Assembly: GCA_965218095.1 (NCBI GenBank)
Contig: OZ244587.1
Coordinates: 384,001-448,000, forward strand
Length of the DNA: 64,000 nt
Direction: 5' to 3'
Origin: Candidatus Poribacteria bacterium
GTDB taxonomy: Bacteria; Poribacteria; WGA-4E; PCPOR2b
Both the position numbers and the translations under genes were made by a program. Positions 38,878-49,622 of the stretch are shown here, piece after piece; within the stretch, counting starts at the first letter, position 1, and each line of letters opens with the position of its first letter. The notes below the pieces were generated by a model, which was given only the letters and a program-made list of their open reading frames with translations, did not search any database and was not told where the DNA came from.

Positions 38878-40785
38878 ATGAATCCGTTAGAACTATCTGG
38901 AGTGAACATCAACCTTCGAGTGAACGAAGATTTAAGCCTGACCGTCCGGCGGCGTGACGGACGAGTCTTGTGGGAAACCTCGAAAACACACACTCCTATT
39001 CTTGTGATACGCAGCGGTGATGCCAAGCCACGCGAGATGCCCCTAGCAAATGTCACTACAAAGATCTCGCCGTTCGATGATGGTAAATATCGGGGCCATA
39101 CCGTTCTCTTGAGTGGCTTTGCGGGCGTTGATATCCTTCTGGAACTGATTTTCGCCATTGACACGACGGTAGATGAGCTTCTGGTTCAGGCGGCACAGGT
39201 CGGTGGCGCACACACCGCTGTGAGTCTTGAGCATTTCTACCGGTTTGAAAAACCAGTTTCCGATGGCGGGTATATGGTACTGCCTCACGGTTCAGGTTAC
39301 CTGATTCCCGCAGAATGCCCCGACGAACTTCCGGGAGAAGGTCACAAAGGCGGACTCATCGGTGGTCGGTGGACACTGCCAATGTTCGGGATAGTGCGCG
39401 GGAATGATGCAATATGTGCTATCGTCGAGACATGGTGGGATTGCGATGTCTCAGTAGAACATACGCCAGGCGACCAATCGACGCTGGATTTCCGGTGGCT
39501 CGGCAGCCTCGGGGCGCTGGCTTACCCACGCCGCTTCTTCCTGCGGTTTGCTCAGGGGATAGATTATGTGGAGATGGCGAAGAGCTATCGTAATTACGCC
39601 AGACAGCACGGCTTGTTACGCACGCTTGAAGAGAAGGCAGCCCTGACTCCCACTATCCGGCACGATATCGAAGCGATTCTTTTTCGATGGCCCGCATGGA
39701 ATCCCGATGAGGGACCGACCGTACTCGCAGAGATTCGAGCGTTGCGCGAGATGGGTTTTGGGGTGAAATTTTTCTTCCCCAAGTGGTCATCCGCCGGCTA
39801 TTCACCGGAGCACGGTACAGCCACGAGAGCGGACGCAAACTGGCAAGCCTATCTGCTTGAAAACCCCGTCCCGGGCGGGTGGGCGCCGCTGGTCGAGTTT
39901 GCGAATGCGGTGCGTCAACTCGGTTGTACAGTTCAAGGCTTTACCAGTCCGAGAACGCAGCGTTCCGAAGGACCGGCATTCGATGAAGACCGTTGGCCAC
40001 GAGATGCCAATGGCGAGCCGATACACGACCTGAGCGTTCACGATGCCGTCGATCGCATCAAGCGTGGCTTAGATAACATCGAAGCCCAGGGGCTTAAATA
40101 TGACGCTCTATACTACGACGGATATTCCGCGTATCACCCCTTGCCAGAGGATTTTTCACAGAAGGGTCGGATCACTCGACGAATGACTTGGGAGGCGCAA
40201 AATGCGTGCTTTGCCGAAACCCGACGTCGTGGCATCATGCCCGCTGCAGAGCTGGCTCGGTTCTGGTGTATACGGGACTGCGATTACTTTTTCTTTACCG
40301 ATTGGTCAAGCGATCGATTGTCCAACACTCCCGTTCAAGGTGCGCCTGCACCTGTGGGTGAACCCATCCCACTGTTCCAACTGGTCTTCCATGACTGCTA
40401 TTTAGCGGGTTTCTCCGGCGGCGGTTACGCCGTTTACACGCCGGGCTATGACTGGTGGGAAGACCGCACGCCGCGACTCTACGAACTGATGTTTGCCTCC
40501 GCACCCGCGTACAATTGGTTGCCAGAGGGTAACGTCCCCGTGCGAAATTTAAACAGCGCCGCTGCGCAACGATGTCTCGCCTGGCTAAAGCGTTGGAGCG
40601 CCTACTACCGGGCTATCGCCACCTCGGAAATGGTTTCCCACCAAGTCCTTTCGCCGGACCGCAAGCTACAGCGGATTGCGTTCGCTAATGGCGTGGTTGC
40701 AACGTTCAACATGGGAACAAACGAGTTCTGCGTGACAAACGTTGCTGGCTTCAGTGGGGAATGGGAGAAACCCCAGGTGTTCTGA
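38878..40785 (+). CDS. Putative glycoside hydrolase (GH101/GH129/DUF5696-like)
   Basis: LPMFG, DYVEMAKSYR, LYYDG, IPLFQLVFHD motifs. Confidence 0.6.
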   Translation: MNPLELSGVNINLRVNEDLSLTVRRRDGRVLWETSKTHTPILVIRSGDAKPREMPLANVTTKISPFDDGKYRGHTVLLSGFAGVDILLELIFAIDTTVDELLVQAAQVGGAHTAVSLEHFYRFEKPVSDGGYMVLPHGSGYLIPAECPDELPGEGHKGGLIGGRWTLPMFGIVRGNDAICAIVETWWDCDVSVEHTPGDQSTLDFRWLGSLGALAYPRRFFLRFAQGIDYVEMAKSYRNYARQHGLLRTLEEKAALTPTIRHDIEAILFRWPAWNPDEGPTVLAEIRALREMGFGVKFFFPKWSSAGYSPEHGTATRADANWQAYLLENPVPGGWAPLVEFANAVRQLGCTVQGFTSPRTQRSEGPAFDEDRWPRDANGEPIHDLSVHDAVDRIKRGLDNIEAQGLKYDALYYDGYSAYHPLPEDFSQKGRITRRMTWEAQNACFAETRRRGIMPAAELARFWCIRDCDYFFFTDWSSDRLSNTPVQGAPAPVGEPIPLFQLVFHDCYLAGFSGGGYAVYTPGYDWWEDRTPRLYELMFASAPAYNWLPEGNVPVRNLNSAAAQRCLAWLKRWSAYYRAIATSEMVSHQVLSPDRKLQRIAFANGVVATFNMGTNEFCVTNVAGFSGEWEKPQVF

Positions 40786-41024
40786 ATCTCTCTGCAAGGT
40801 TGCAGAAGTTATGATATTCAAGCCGAATCCGATTACCGAATCTTTTTGTTGTCATTTGTTTGCAATCGTACTATACCAGTCGTTGGCTGGAATCACTGAA
40901 TGCGCCGTGTCCATTGAGTCATCGAAGATTGCGAACCCCAGGGCGCCAGCATACCAAGCGGGGTAGATTTGCCCGATAATGCGGACGGGAATGAGCATGG
41001 CGCCAAGAGCAGCTCAGTAACTTT

Positions 41025-41999
41025 TCACGGGAATTGTGCGCCCTGAGTCTCCACATAGACTGCGTAGATGGACTGGCTGCCGGTCATGAATAGCTGGTTC
41101 CTCTTGACGCCGCCGAAGCACAGGTTGGAGCAGACCTCTGGGAGATGGATCTTGCCGATGAGGGCGCCGTCGGGCGCGAAGATATGCACGCCGTCGTATC
41201 CCTCGCCGCCCCAGCCCGCGCTCGCCCAAAGGTTGCCATCAATGTCACAACGAATTCCATCAGCGAATCCTGGCGCCATGTCGCAAAACGTCCTGCCGTT
41301 CACCAGACGGGCGTTATCTGCTACATCATAAACAAAGACGTGGCTGGGATGGTCCGGTTTGTGTGTGATACCGGTGTCGGAAATGTAGAGCTTGGAATAG
41401 TTAGGTGAGAAGCATAGACCGTTCGGTTTTTCAAGTCCGTCCGTCACCACCGTCGCCTCGCCTGTTTCCGGGTTGAGCCGATAGACATTGGTAGACAGCT
41501 CAAATTCACCCTTATGCCCCTCATAATTCATGAGGAGGCCATAGCCCGGATCTGTGAACCAGATATGTCCGTCTGGATGAACAACCACGTCATTCGGCGC
41601 GTTCAACCTCACCCCCTCGAAACTGTCGATCAGCACCATGATGCCCCCGTCATACTCGGTACGAGTCACCCGGCGCGTAGCGTGCTCACAGGTGATGAGC
41701 CGCCCCTGCCTGTCGCGGGTGTTGCCATTGCTGTTGTTAGACGGACTGCGGAAAACGCTAACTTCGCCGGTCTCCTCGACCCAGCGCATAATTCTGTTGT
41801 TCGGAATATCACTCCAGAGTAGATAGCGACCATCCCCGAACCAGACAGGTCCTTCCGCCCACCGCGTACCCGTGTACAATCGCTCGACCGCCGCGTTGCC
41901 GAGTCGGTATTTCTCGAAACGTGGGTCGACAACTTCGATGGCTGGATCCGGATACCTAACAACACCTTGATTCCAATCTCTGTCAATAGGTTTACCCAT
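41025..41999 (-). CDS. SMP-30/gluconolactonase family protein
   Basis: WAEGPVW, PND, PNGLCFSP, ADGIRCD. Confidence 0.92.
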   Translation of the reverse strand: MGKPIDRDWNQGVVRYPDPAIEVVDPRFEKYRLGNAAVERLYTGTRWAEGPVWFGDGRYLLWSDIPNNRIMRWVEETGEVSVFRSPSNNSNGNTRDRQGRLITCEHATRRVTRTEYDGGIMVLIDSFEGVRLNAPNDVVVHPDGHIWFTDPGYGLLMNYEGHKGEFELSTNVYRLNPETGEATVVTDGLEKPNGLCFSPNYSKLYISDTGITHKPDHPSHVFVYDVADNARLVNGRTFCDMAPGFADGIRCDIDGNLWASAGWGGEGYDGVHIFAPDGALIGKIHLPEVCSNLCFGGVKRNQLFMTGSQSIYAVYVETQGAQFP

Positions 42000-42018
42000 A
42001 CGATCCTGTTCTCCCCTA

Positions 42019-42633
42019 TCAGTATGCAGGAATTAATCCCCTGTTTTCAAGGAAGGCAACCACGTGCTCGGTAGACTCTGCGAGCGTTTGGTTCCCCGTA
42101 TTCACGACGATCTCGGGATTGATGGGCGCTTCGTAAAGGGCGCTGATTCCCGTGAACTCCTTGATTTTACCTGCCCGCGCCTTTTTGTACAACCCCTTCG
42201 TATCCCGTTCTTCGCATATCTCTAACGGGCACTCAACAAAAACTTCCACAAACCGCCCCTCGTCAAGCAGCGCCCGTGCTTTATCCCGATCCGCACGATA
42301 AGGCGAAATAAAGGCTGTCATGGCAATGACGCCGGCATCTGTAAACAACTTCGCAACCTCCCCAATGCGACGGATGTTCTCCTCCCGATCTTCAGGAGAA
42401 AAGCCGAGATTCTTATTCAAACTGTGACGGACGTTGTCGCCATCAAGGACATACGTGAGATGTCCACGCTGATGGAGCACATTTTCGACTTCATGGGCGA
42501 GTGTGGACTTACCGGAACCTGAAAGCCCTGTGAACCAGATTACGCTTCCTTTCTGATTGAGGAGCTTTTCTCTATTTTTCTGCGTAATATTGGCTTGGTG
42601 CCAGGTGATATTCGTTGCCTTCTGTTCTGTCAT
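42019..42633 (-). CDS. cysC: Adenylyl-sulfate kinase
   Basis: [33 protein letters not shown]. Confidence 0.95.
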   Translation of the reverse strand: MTEQKATNITWHQANITQKNREKLLNQKGSVIWFTGLSGSGKSTLAHEVENVLHQRGHLTYVLDGDNVRHSLNKNLGFSPEDREENIRRIGEVAKLFTDAGVIAMTAFISPYRADRDKARALLDEGRFVEVFVECPLEICEERDTKGLYKKARAGKIKEFTGISALYEAPINPEIVVNTGNQTLAESTEHVVAFLENRGLIPAY

Positions 42634-42689
42634 ATTGTTCTCCTTCAGTTTGAGAATAGGTTAATATTGACTAAATTGAAAGTTCTTGT

Positions 42690-44063
42690 TCAATTGACGG
42701 TTGATAACGGCAACCACAAAGACACGGTTGTTCCCTGTCCAATGATGCTTTTGATCCGTATATCTCCACCGTGTTGTTCAAGGATACGCTTTGCATTTGC
42801 CAAACCAAGCCCGGTTCCCTGTGATTTTGTTGTGAAGAAAGGTTCAAACAGCCGATTTAAATCTTCTGGAGGGATGCCAACTCCCGTGTCTGCGACATCA
42901 ATGCGAACCCCATCCGAATCCTGTAACGTCAAGAGATCCAGTGTGCCGCCATCCGGCATGGCATCCATCGCGTTCAGTACAATGTTCATAAACGCCTGTT
43001 TCAACTTATCCAGATCGAATGAAACCGGTGGAAGGTCAGGGGTGAATTTTTTTATCAGCAAGATCTGATGATGATTCAGGTTGGCTCCCATCAGATCCAG
43101 CACTTCTTGCAGGGCTTGATTCAGGTTGTGTAGCGCGAGTTCAAGGTCCGCGGGGTGAGCAAAACCCATCAATCCTTTGACGATGACATCGATCCGTTCA
43201 ATCTCTTCAAGAATGTATCGCATTGACTGTTCCTGCCTCGATTCCGGGAGATCTTTCTTTCGTATCAGCATTTGCGCCAACATCTGCATTGACGAGAGCG
43301 GATTCCGAATCTCATGGGCGAACGATGCTGCCATCTTCCCTGCTGTGGCGAGACGTTCAGCTTGTATCAACTCATTCCGTGAATCCCGAAGATCACGGGT
43401 CATCTGATTAAATCCGATGGTCAGATCGCTAATCTCGTCGTGCGTCTTCACCGCGCACTGTCCATCCAGATTGCCTCCAGCGACCTGCCGTGTGAATTGG
43501 ACCAAATCCTTGATCGGATCTGTGAGATTTTGCCCAATAAGATGACTGATGAGTGCAACTAACAAAATAACAACAGTTGCGACTCCCAACACCAATAAAG
43601 TTGCCTGTCGCTTTGCATCGGCAATTTTGTCCATCGGACGCATCAAACAGTACAACTGGCCCAGTTTTTGTGGGTAGTAGATGACTTTATAGTGTTTTCC
43701 ACCAACATTCACATTTTGTAAAACGAGGTCATTATCAGAGGCCTTGATTTGTCTTCGGGCTTCGCGTACCTTCACATCTGCTGTCAGGTGCGCCCAATCC
43801 CCTTCAAGCGTTGTGTAATTCACGGTGTCATCACTATCGACCACCATCACTTCCGCACCGTATGCTTCCTTGACTTTCGTTGGATCATGAATATAGCCGG
43901 TATCTACAATCACTTTTAACCATTCCGCTGTTTCGTGACTAAATTGCTCCTCGTATTTCCGGTCAAAAAGCGCGATCGTGATGAGTGGAACGACGAGCAC
44001 AACAACTGTAAAGAGCAGGATGAATGGGAGAACAATTTTGTTTTGAATACTATATCGGCGCAT
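42690..44063 (-). CDS. HAMP-domain sensor histidine kinase
   Basis: Two TMs, HAMP, AHEIRNPL H-box, N/G1/F/G2 boxes. Confidence 0.92.
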   Translation of the reverse strand: MRRYSIQNKIVLPFILLFTVVVLVVPLITIALFDRKYEEQFSHETAEWLKVIVDTGYIHDPTKVKEAYGAEVMVVDSDDTVNYTTLEGDWAHLTADVKVREARRQIKASDNDLVLQNVNVGGKHYKVIYYPQKLGQLYCLMRPMDKIADAKRQATLLVLGVATVVILLVALISHLIGQNLTDPIKDLVQFTRQVAGGNLDGQCAVKTHDEISDLTIGFNQMTRDLRDSRNELIQAERLATAGKMAASFAHEIRNPLSSMQMLAQMLIRKKDLPESRQEQSMRYILEEIERIDVIVKGLMGFAHPADLELALHNLNQALQEVLDLMGANLNHHQILLIKKFTPDLPPVSFDLDKLKQAFMNIVLNAMDAMPDGGTLDLLTLQDSDGVRIDVADTGVGIPPEDLNRLFEPFFTTKSQGTGLGLANAKRILEQHGGDIRIKSIIGQGTTVSLWLPLSTVN

Positions 44064-44598
44064 GGGAGTCTGTAGGAGTCATTGGCAATACTTGCACTTT
44101 AATATGATGAAGTTCGCCCCATTTTTATCAAGCGACCTCTCAACTCGCAAATTGAAATATTACTATAGCCGAGATTTTAGCTTGATGTCAAGCAGAAACG
44201 CTAGGTTAGAAATTCCTTATGAGAAACCCCGATCAAAGATCGGGGTTCGTCAATGGATTTGACCGTAAATTTTCGCTGTGCGATAAACTTTCCGAAGGTT
44301 ATTTCTTATTACGGATTAAAATTGTCATTCTGAGGCGAAGCCGAAGAATCTTAGAGGCAGAGACTCTTCGTGAAGTTTACCCTCAAGTGTAGCGAAGGAC
44401 TCAGGGTGACAGAATGCTTGTTTTATTTATGAAAATTACTTAAAACACGGAACTGCGGAAAGCACGGACAGCGTGGAGCGGAAGTGAGTTAGTGGATAGG
44501 CTTGCATGTTACTTGACTTTCTCCGTGTTTCTCGATTCCAGAATTCTGATCAAAAAGAACTGTGGAGAGACATTAATTTGAAATAATGGCATTAGGAC

Positions 44599-44627
44599 TT
44601 GCATAAATTGAGAAAATCGCTTATAAT
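44599..44627 (+). promoter_or_regulatory. Sigma70-type promoter
   Basis: TTGCAT-17 bp-TATAAT upstream of 44786 gene. Confidence 0.65.
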
Positions 44628-44656
44628 ATCTATCGCTTCTGATAGGATGCATGAAA

Positions 44657-44708
44657 ATCACTATCAAGAATTGTTATGCTATATCACTATCAAGAATTGT
44701 TATGCTAT
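44657..44708. repeat. Perfect 26-bp tandem duplication in leader
   Basis: atcactatcaagaattgttatgctat x2. Confidence 0.95.
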
Positions 44709-44785
44709 ATTGAAACATTATGGTATAGTTGGCAAATTAATCACCATTTCGTTGAAATGGAAAACAGAGTGAAAGGAGTTGTCTG

Positions 44786-47062
44786 ATGAATAATCAGATT
44801 GTTAATCGAAACACGTTTTTTGTCATTTTAGCTGCACTTATGTTACTTGCAGTTCAAAGTTTGAGTTATGGTCAAATGGTCTCACTCGATCCGGCATCAG
44901 TTGAGTCTCCAGCGGTTGGGGAGCAACTGACGGTCAGCATCAATATTACCGGTGGGGTCAATGTCTTCGGCTACGCGGTTAGCATCACTTTTGACCCAAC
45001 CGCGCTAAATTTCGTCGGTGTCGAACTTGGGGATTTTTTGCCCGGCGCGCTTGGCCCGCCAACGCTGGCAGCCATCGTTGGGGAGGGAGAGGTCAGTTAT
45101 AGTGCCACTTTTTTAGGGGCAGTTCCTGGGGTTGATGGAGATGGAAGGCTTGGGACAGCGATGTTTGAGGTGGTCGAAGTTAAAGGCTCCACTATCGAGC
45201 TTGATATCGAGCTTTCTGATCCGGATGGAAACCCAATAGTCGCAACAGTCGAAGATAGCATGGTTATTGGGCCTACGATGGTTGGGCCTACGGTTGAGGG
45301 AAAAGACCCCGCCACGGCGCCGCGTGCACTTATCGACCGATTCAGTGCCGACGCCGGCGCCATCTTCGTCCGCGATGATTCGGGCGCCCTTCCTGAAGCG
45401 GGCGAACCGATTGACTTCGATCAACAGCCCTTCATTACCCAGGGGTTGGGGCCCGACGGACAGGTTGTCCAGTACTACAATTTCGACGTACAGAGCGCCA
45501 CGCCGGCGCCTATCTTCGTCCTGTTCCGTGATGGAGAGGAACAACCTGTTGCTGGACAGATCTTCATTGTTGATGCGATTCCCGGTGACCCTGGGTACAG
45601 CGACTTTTGGAACGTTACAAAGGTAACTGTGCCGGCTGATTATGTCGCCAATACCGTGACTAGCTTGGACGAGATCAATGCGGAGGGCTTCGCGATGGAG
45701 GCAACCGCCAACATTGTCAACTGCCCAATTGTGCCAGAGGGTTCGACCGCCGCGCTACGCTTGGGGGGAGGCAATACCGGTTTGCACCTGGGCTGGTACC
45801 GTGGTCAGGTTGTCGCCTACTTCACCTTCGAGGAAAAGGCACTCGCCATGGACGCCAATGGCATGGTTCCGGTGTCCCCGATTTATGTTACCTTTAACAT
45901 CAACGTCGGTGAGGACGGAGGCGGACCACCGTCTGGCTTCGTCACGGAACCGGGGACTGAGCAGACGCACAACGTCGTCGCCACCATCCCGTCCGACACT
46001 GACTACTCGCCGCTATGGGCAGTTGCCATATACGACAACGCAAACTTCAACACTGTGAGAGATCTGGAGAGCGTGCAGGCGGCCAACATATTGCTGGCCG
46101 GCCCGAATGTTAACTGCCCGATCGTGTCAATTGAAGCGGGAGAAGAAGCGCAAGTCTTCTTCCTGGATCTTACATCTGGGCTAAATATGATTTCCTTGCC
46201 GCTCATGCCAGCTGTACCTTATACGGCAAGCCGTCTTGCGCAAGAAGTCGACGCAACGGTTGTGATCAGACTTGACCCTGATACACAGGAATTTGGCGGT
46301 TTTACGGTAGACTCCGGAGATGAAGGCTTCCCAATCGAGGGAGGACAGGGCTACATTGTCAACGTCTCGGATGCTCACACAGTTGCCTTCGTTGGAACAG
46401 CGTGGACTAACCGCCCCAGAGGCGTACCCAGCGCGCCGGGAGTCGATGTCCGAACAACGGCATGGGCCTTCATCTTGAGCGGAGATGTACAGAATGCAGA
46501 ACCTGGCATCAACTACACAGTCGTTGTGAAAAACCTCCGTACCGGTACCATTGCAACCGATGAGACTGCCGCCGATCGTGGGCGTGTCACCGCCGTTTGG
46601 GCGGATCTCAGCCGCAAAAGTGTGGTCGAAGCCGGTGATCCATTAGAGGTTACCTTGCTGGATGAATGGGGAAATATCGTCTCCGGTCCCTTCCATCGCC
46701 ACGTTGACGTTGAAGATATCCGGAAGGCTTACCTGAGCATACCGCTGATTGTCGGTGATGTGCATCCAACGGAAACCCTGCTTGCCCAAAACTTCCCCAA
46801 TCCGTTCAATCCAGAAACGTGGATTCCGTACCAGATCATGGAGTCAGCGGAGATCACCATTCAGATCTATGATCCGTCTGGTCGCCTTGTGCGAAGGCTT
46901 GATCTTGGGCTGAAGTCTGCTGGCTTCTATACGACGCGGTCCACAGCAGCGTATTGGGATGGCCGTAACAATGAGGGTGAGCGGGTTGCCTCCGGGGTCT
47001 ACTTCTACACCTTGCAGACCAGGGATTTCTCCGCAACTCGTAAGATGCTGATTGCTAAATAG
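44786..47062 (+). CDS. Secreted modular protein: cohesin-like domain, two repeated NCP-motif domains, C-terminal FlgD-Ig module
   Basis: Signal peptide; GEQLTVSINI..FDPTALNF cohesin pattern; repeats YSDFW/YSPLW..NCPIV; NFPNPFNPETWIPY..RKMLIAK. Confidence 0.8.
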   Translation: MNNQIVNRNTFFVILAALMLLAVQSLSYGQMVSLDPASVESPAVGEQLTVSINITGGVNVFGYAVSITFDPTALNFVGVELGDFLPGALGPPTLAAIVGEGEVSYSATFLGAVPGVDGDGRLGTAMFEVVEVKGSTIELDIELSDPDGNPIVATVEDSMVIGPTMVGPTVEGKDPATAPRALIDRFSADAGAIFVRDDSGALPEAGEPIDFDQQPFITQGLGPDGQVVQYYNFDVQSATPAPIFVLFRDGEEQPVAGQIFIVDAIPGDPGYSDFWNVTKVTVPADYVANTVTSLDEINAEGFAMEATANIVNCPIVPEGSTAALRLGGGNTGLHLGWYRGQVVAYFTFEEKALAMDANGMVPVSPIYVTFNINVGEDGGGPPSGFVTEPGTEQTHNVVATIPSDTDYSPLWAVAIYDNANFNTVRDLESVQAANILLAGPNVNCPIVSIEAGEEAQVFFLDLTSGLNMISLPLMPAVPYTASRLAQEVDATVVIRLDPDTQEFGGFTVDSGDEGFPIEGGQGYIVNVSDAHTVAFVGTAWTNRPRGVPSAPGVDVRTTAWAFILSGDVQNAEPGINYTVVVKNLRTGTIATDETAADRGRVTAVWADLSRKSVVEAGDPLEVTLLDEWGNIVSGPFHRHVDVEDIRKAYLSIPLIVGDVHPTETLLAQNFPNPFNPETWIPYQIMESAEITIQIYDPSGRLVRRLDLGLKSAGFYTTRSTAAYWDGRNNEGERVASGVYFYTLQTRDFSATRKMLIAK

Positions 47063-47128
47063 AACGATGGACGATGGACTAGGCGTGTTACACTCCATAC
47101 GCATCAATTTAAGGCAGAGGCGAACGCT

Positions 47129-47202
47129 GGTTGAGTAGCGATGTGTATCGAAACCAAGTGAGCGATACGACGCTCGGTCTTGATACGCTACGCTACTTAA
47201 TC
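47129..47202. repeat. Inverted pair of GGTTGAGTAG-N-GTATCGAAACC REP-like units
   Basis: ggttgagtagcgatgtgtatcgaaacc followed by inverted ggtcttgatacgctacgctacttaatc. Confidence 0.7.
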
Positions 47203-47339
47203 TGCACGTCAAGGCACACCATAATTAGTATGAGTTGTTACATTCCTTGTCCCATTATCACTTCGACGCCCCGGCCGAACTGTCATCGCGCAGTTGTCGG
47301 GGCGTTTTTTGTGGATTTCAACACATTTTGGAGGATTTA

Positions 47340-48082
47340 TGTACAGTCAATTCAAATCTCTCAGCGCGTTTGTCACATTCAGTGCAATTCTCGGAATATT
47401 ACTCGTCACCAATACAAGTATCGTATCTCAAGCAGACGCCCAGGTTGTGTTTACCGAAGTCGATTACCACAATGATCTGATTGAAATCGTCAACATGGGT
47501 ACATCTGACGTAGACATTAGCGGTTGGCAACTCTGTTCACGTTTTACCTATCCATTCGTTTCAGACTTAACCGTTGAGACAGGAAGTACGACCCTTGAGC
47601 CGGGTGGCATCCTCGTCCTCTCTGGCTTTGCGTTACAGGATGCCGCAGATCTCGGGCTTTACAATTCCGGCAATTTTGGCAGTCCGGTGGCAATGCAGTC
47701 CTTTGTCGAGTGGGGCGGGAGCGAAATTGGGCGTGAAAGCGTCGCTGTCAGCAAAGGGATTTGGAATACCGGAGAGTTTGTTCCACCGGTCCCGGACGGC
47801 CACTCCATCGAGTATGACGGCGTAGGAATCTCTGCGGGGGCGTGGTTTGATCAAGCGACTCCTAACTTCGGCGCTTTTGGGGAAGAAATGGAAATCCCAC
47901 CTCCGTCCACACCCTGGGATGTCAATGGTGATAAGGTAGTAAACATCTTTGATCTCGTCGAGGTGGCTGGCCAGTTTGGGCAGTCCGGCGATGGCCTTGC
48001 CGCAGATGTCAACGGCAATGGCACAGTGGACATCTTTGATCTCGTGGTCGTTGCCGCTCGTTTTGGAGAGACAATCCCGTAA
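47340..48082 (+). CDS. Secreted lamin-tail-domain protein with C-terminal dockerin
   Basis: IEIVN..VDISGWQL LTD motif; duplicated DVNGD/DVNGNG..IFDLV dockerin; GGAGG RBS before ATG 47340. Confidence 0.8.
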
Positions 48083-48458
48083 TCCTGGCCGCATCCTGCC
48101 CCTAAAACGAGGCTGCCATATCAGTGAAAGTGTCACTCAACTTTCCATACTAAGTTCTCATCTCCCCACCAATCTGCTGCCCCAAACCGGATAAGGAGAG
48201 GAAGGAATGGAAGAAAGGAAAGAACTGGAGGAGACTTCGTCCTTTTTTTTCCTCCTGTTGCTGAGAATGGAAAAGGGGAAATTTATTTTTTAGAAGTCCG
48301 ACCGAACCCTTTGGAAGAGCGTGTCCTAAGTCTGCCGAAGGGTTCATTTTGAGGTGGGTTCGTCGAAAAGTAAAAACCATTTTATGCCCAAAACGGTGAT
48401 AAATCGGCTTTGTAACCCTCCGAAGGTTGACGAGGTAACACATACAGGAGTTGATAAT

Positions 48459-49532
48459 ATGCCAGATAAATACCGTGTTGGAATTATCGGGTGCGGTGGC
48501 ATTGCCAATCTACACGCACAGGGTTATCAAGGCGTTGAGGAGGTCGAAATCGTCGCGATCGCCGATCCGGTTGAAGCGGCGCTGAACGATTTCGGAGAGC
48601 GCCATAACGTTGCGAGCTGCTATCTCGACGCCCACGAGATGCTCGACAAGGAGAATTTGGACATTGTGAGCGTTGCGACATGGCATAAGCTACACGCGCC
48701 AATGACCATTGCCGCTTGCGTCCGAAAGCCAAAAGCAGTGCTCTGTGAGAAGCCAATGGCGACCAGCCTCGGCGAGTGCGATGACATGCTGGTTGCTGCG
48801 AGACGAAACAACGTCAAGGTCGCAATTGGCCATCAGCGGCGATTCAATCCAGTCTGGACAGACGCCCGTGAGTTAATTGCCAGTGGCGCCATTGGCGAGC
48901 CACGCCAAATTGTGTGTAAGGGCGGACAGGGGCTGCTAAACGACTGTTCACACCTGTTCGACATGATGCGCTATGTCCTCAGTGACCCGGAGGCAGAGTG
49001 GGTCATCGGCAACATTGAACGCAAGACGGAACGCTACGAGCGCGATACACCGATTGAAGACCGGAGCGCAGGGATCGTTGGATTCCAGGGTGGCTGCATC
49101 GGTTTGCTGCTTCAGGAGATTGCCGGACCCAACTATCAGGGCGGGATTATCTATGGCTCCGATGGCATTATAGATCTGACAGAACAGCGAGTTCGCCTGC
49201 TCAATAGTAGGAAGGCAGAATGGGAGGAACGCCACGCACAGGGTGAAAATCCCTCTGTGGCGCAGGTGAGGGAGTTGGTGTCGTGGATCGAAGGGAATAC
49301 CGAACATCGCGGCGATGCGAAAAACGGACGCGCCGCCGTGGAAATCGTCATGGCGATCTATGACTCTGCACGGCTGCATGAAGTGGTGCAGATGCCCGTC
49401 CGGACCCACGCTTCGCCGTTGGAGGTGATGATTGAGAATGGCGACCTGCCGGTTGAACGCCCTGGCCGTTACGATATCCGTGCGTTCTTGCTTCGCGGGG
49501 AATCGATGCAACCGCAGAAGTACCGGAGGTAG
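48459..49532 (+). CDS. Gfo/Idh/MocA family oxidoreductase
   Basis: MPDKYRVGIIGCGGIA, CEKPMA; AGGAG RBS. Confidence 0.9.
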   Translation: MPDKYRVGIIGCGGIANLHAQGYQGVEEVEIVAIADPVEAALNDFGERHNVASCYLDAHEMLDKENLDIVSVATWHKLHAPMTIAACVRKPKAVLCEKPMATSLGECDDMLVAARRNNVKVAIGHQRRFNPVWTDARELIASGAIGEPRQIVCKGGQGLLNDCSHLFDMMRYVLSDPEAEWVIGNIERKTERYERDTPIEDRSAGIVGFQGGCIGLLLQEIAGPNYQGGIIYGSDGIIDLTEQRVRLLNSRKAEWEERHAQGENPSVAQVRELVSWIEGNTEHRGDAKNGRAAVEIVMAIYDSARLHEVVQMPVRTHASPLEVMIENGDLPVERPGRYDIRAFLLRGESMQPQKYRR

Positions 49533-49622
49533 AAGGATGAGGGTCTCACAGATCGCGCTTCCATTCCTCGGTTACGACCTCTGATTCCCCCTTCCGATCC
49601 CACCACATAGGAACGATACTGG

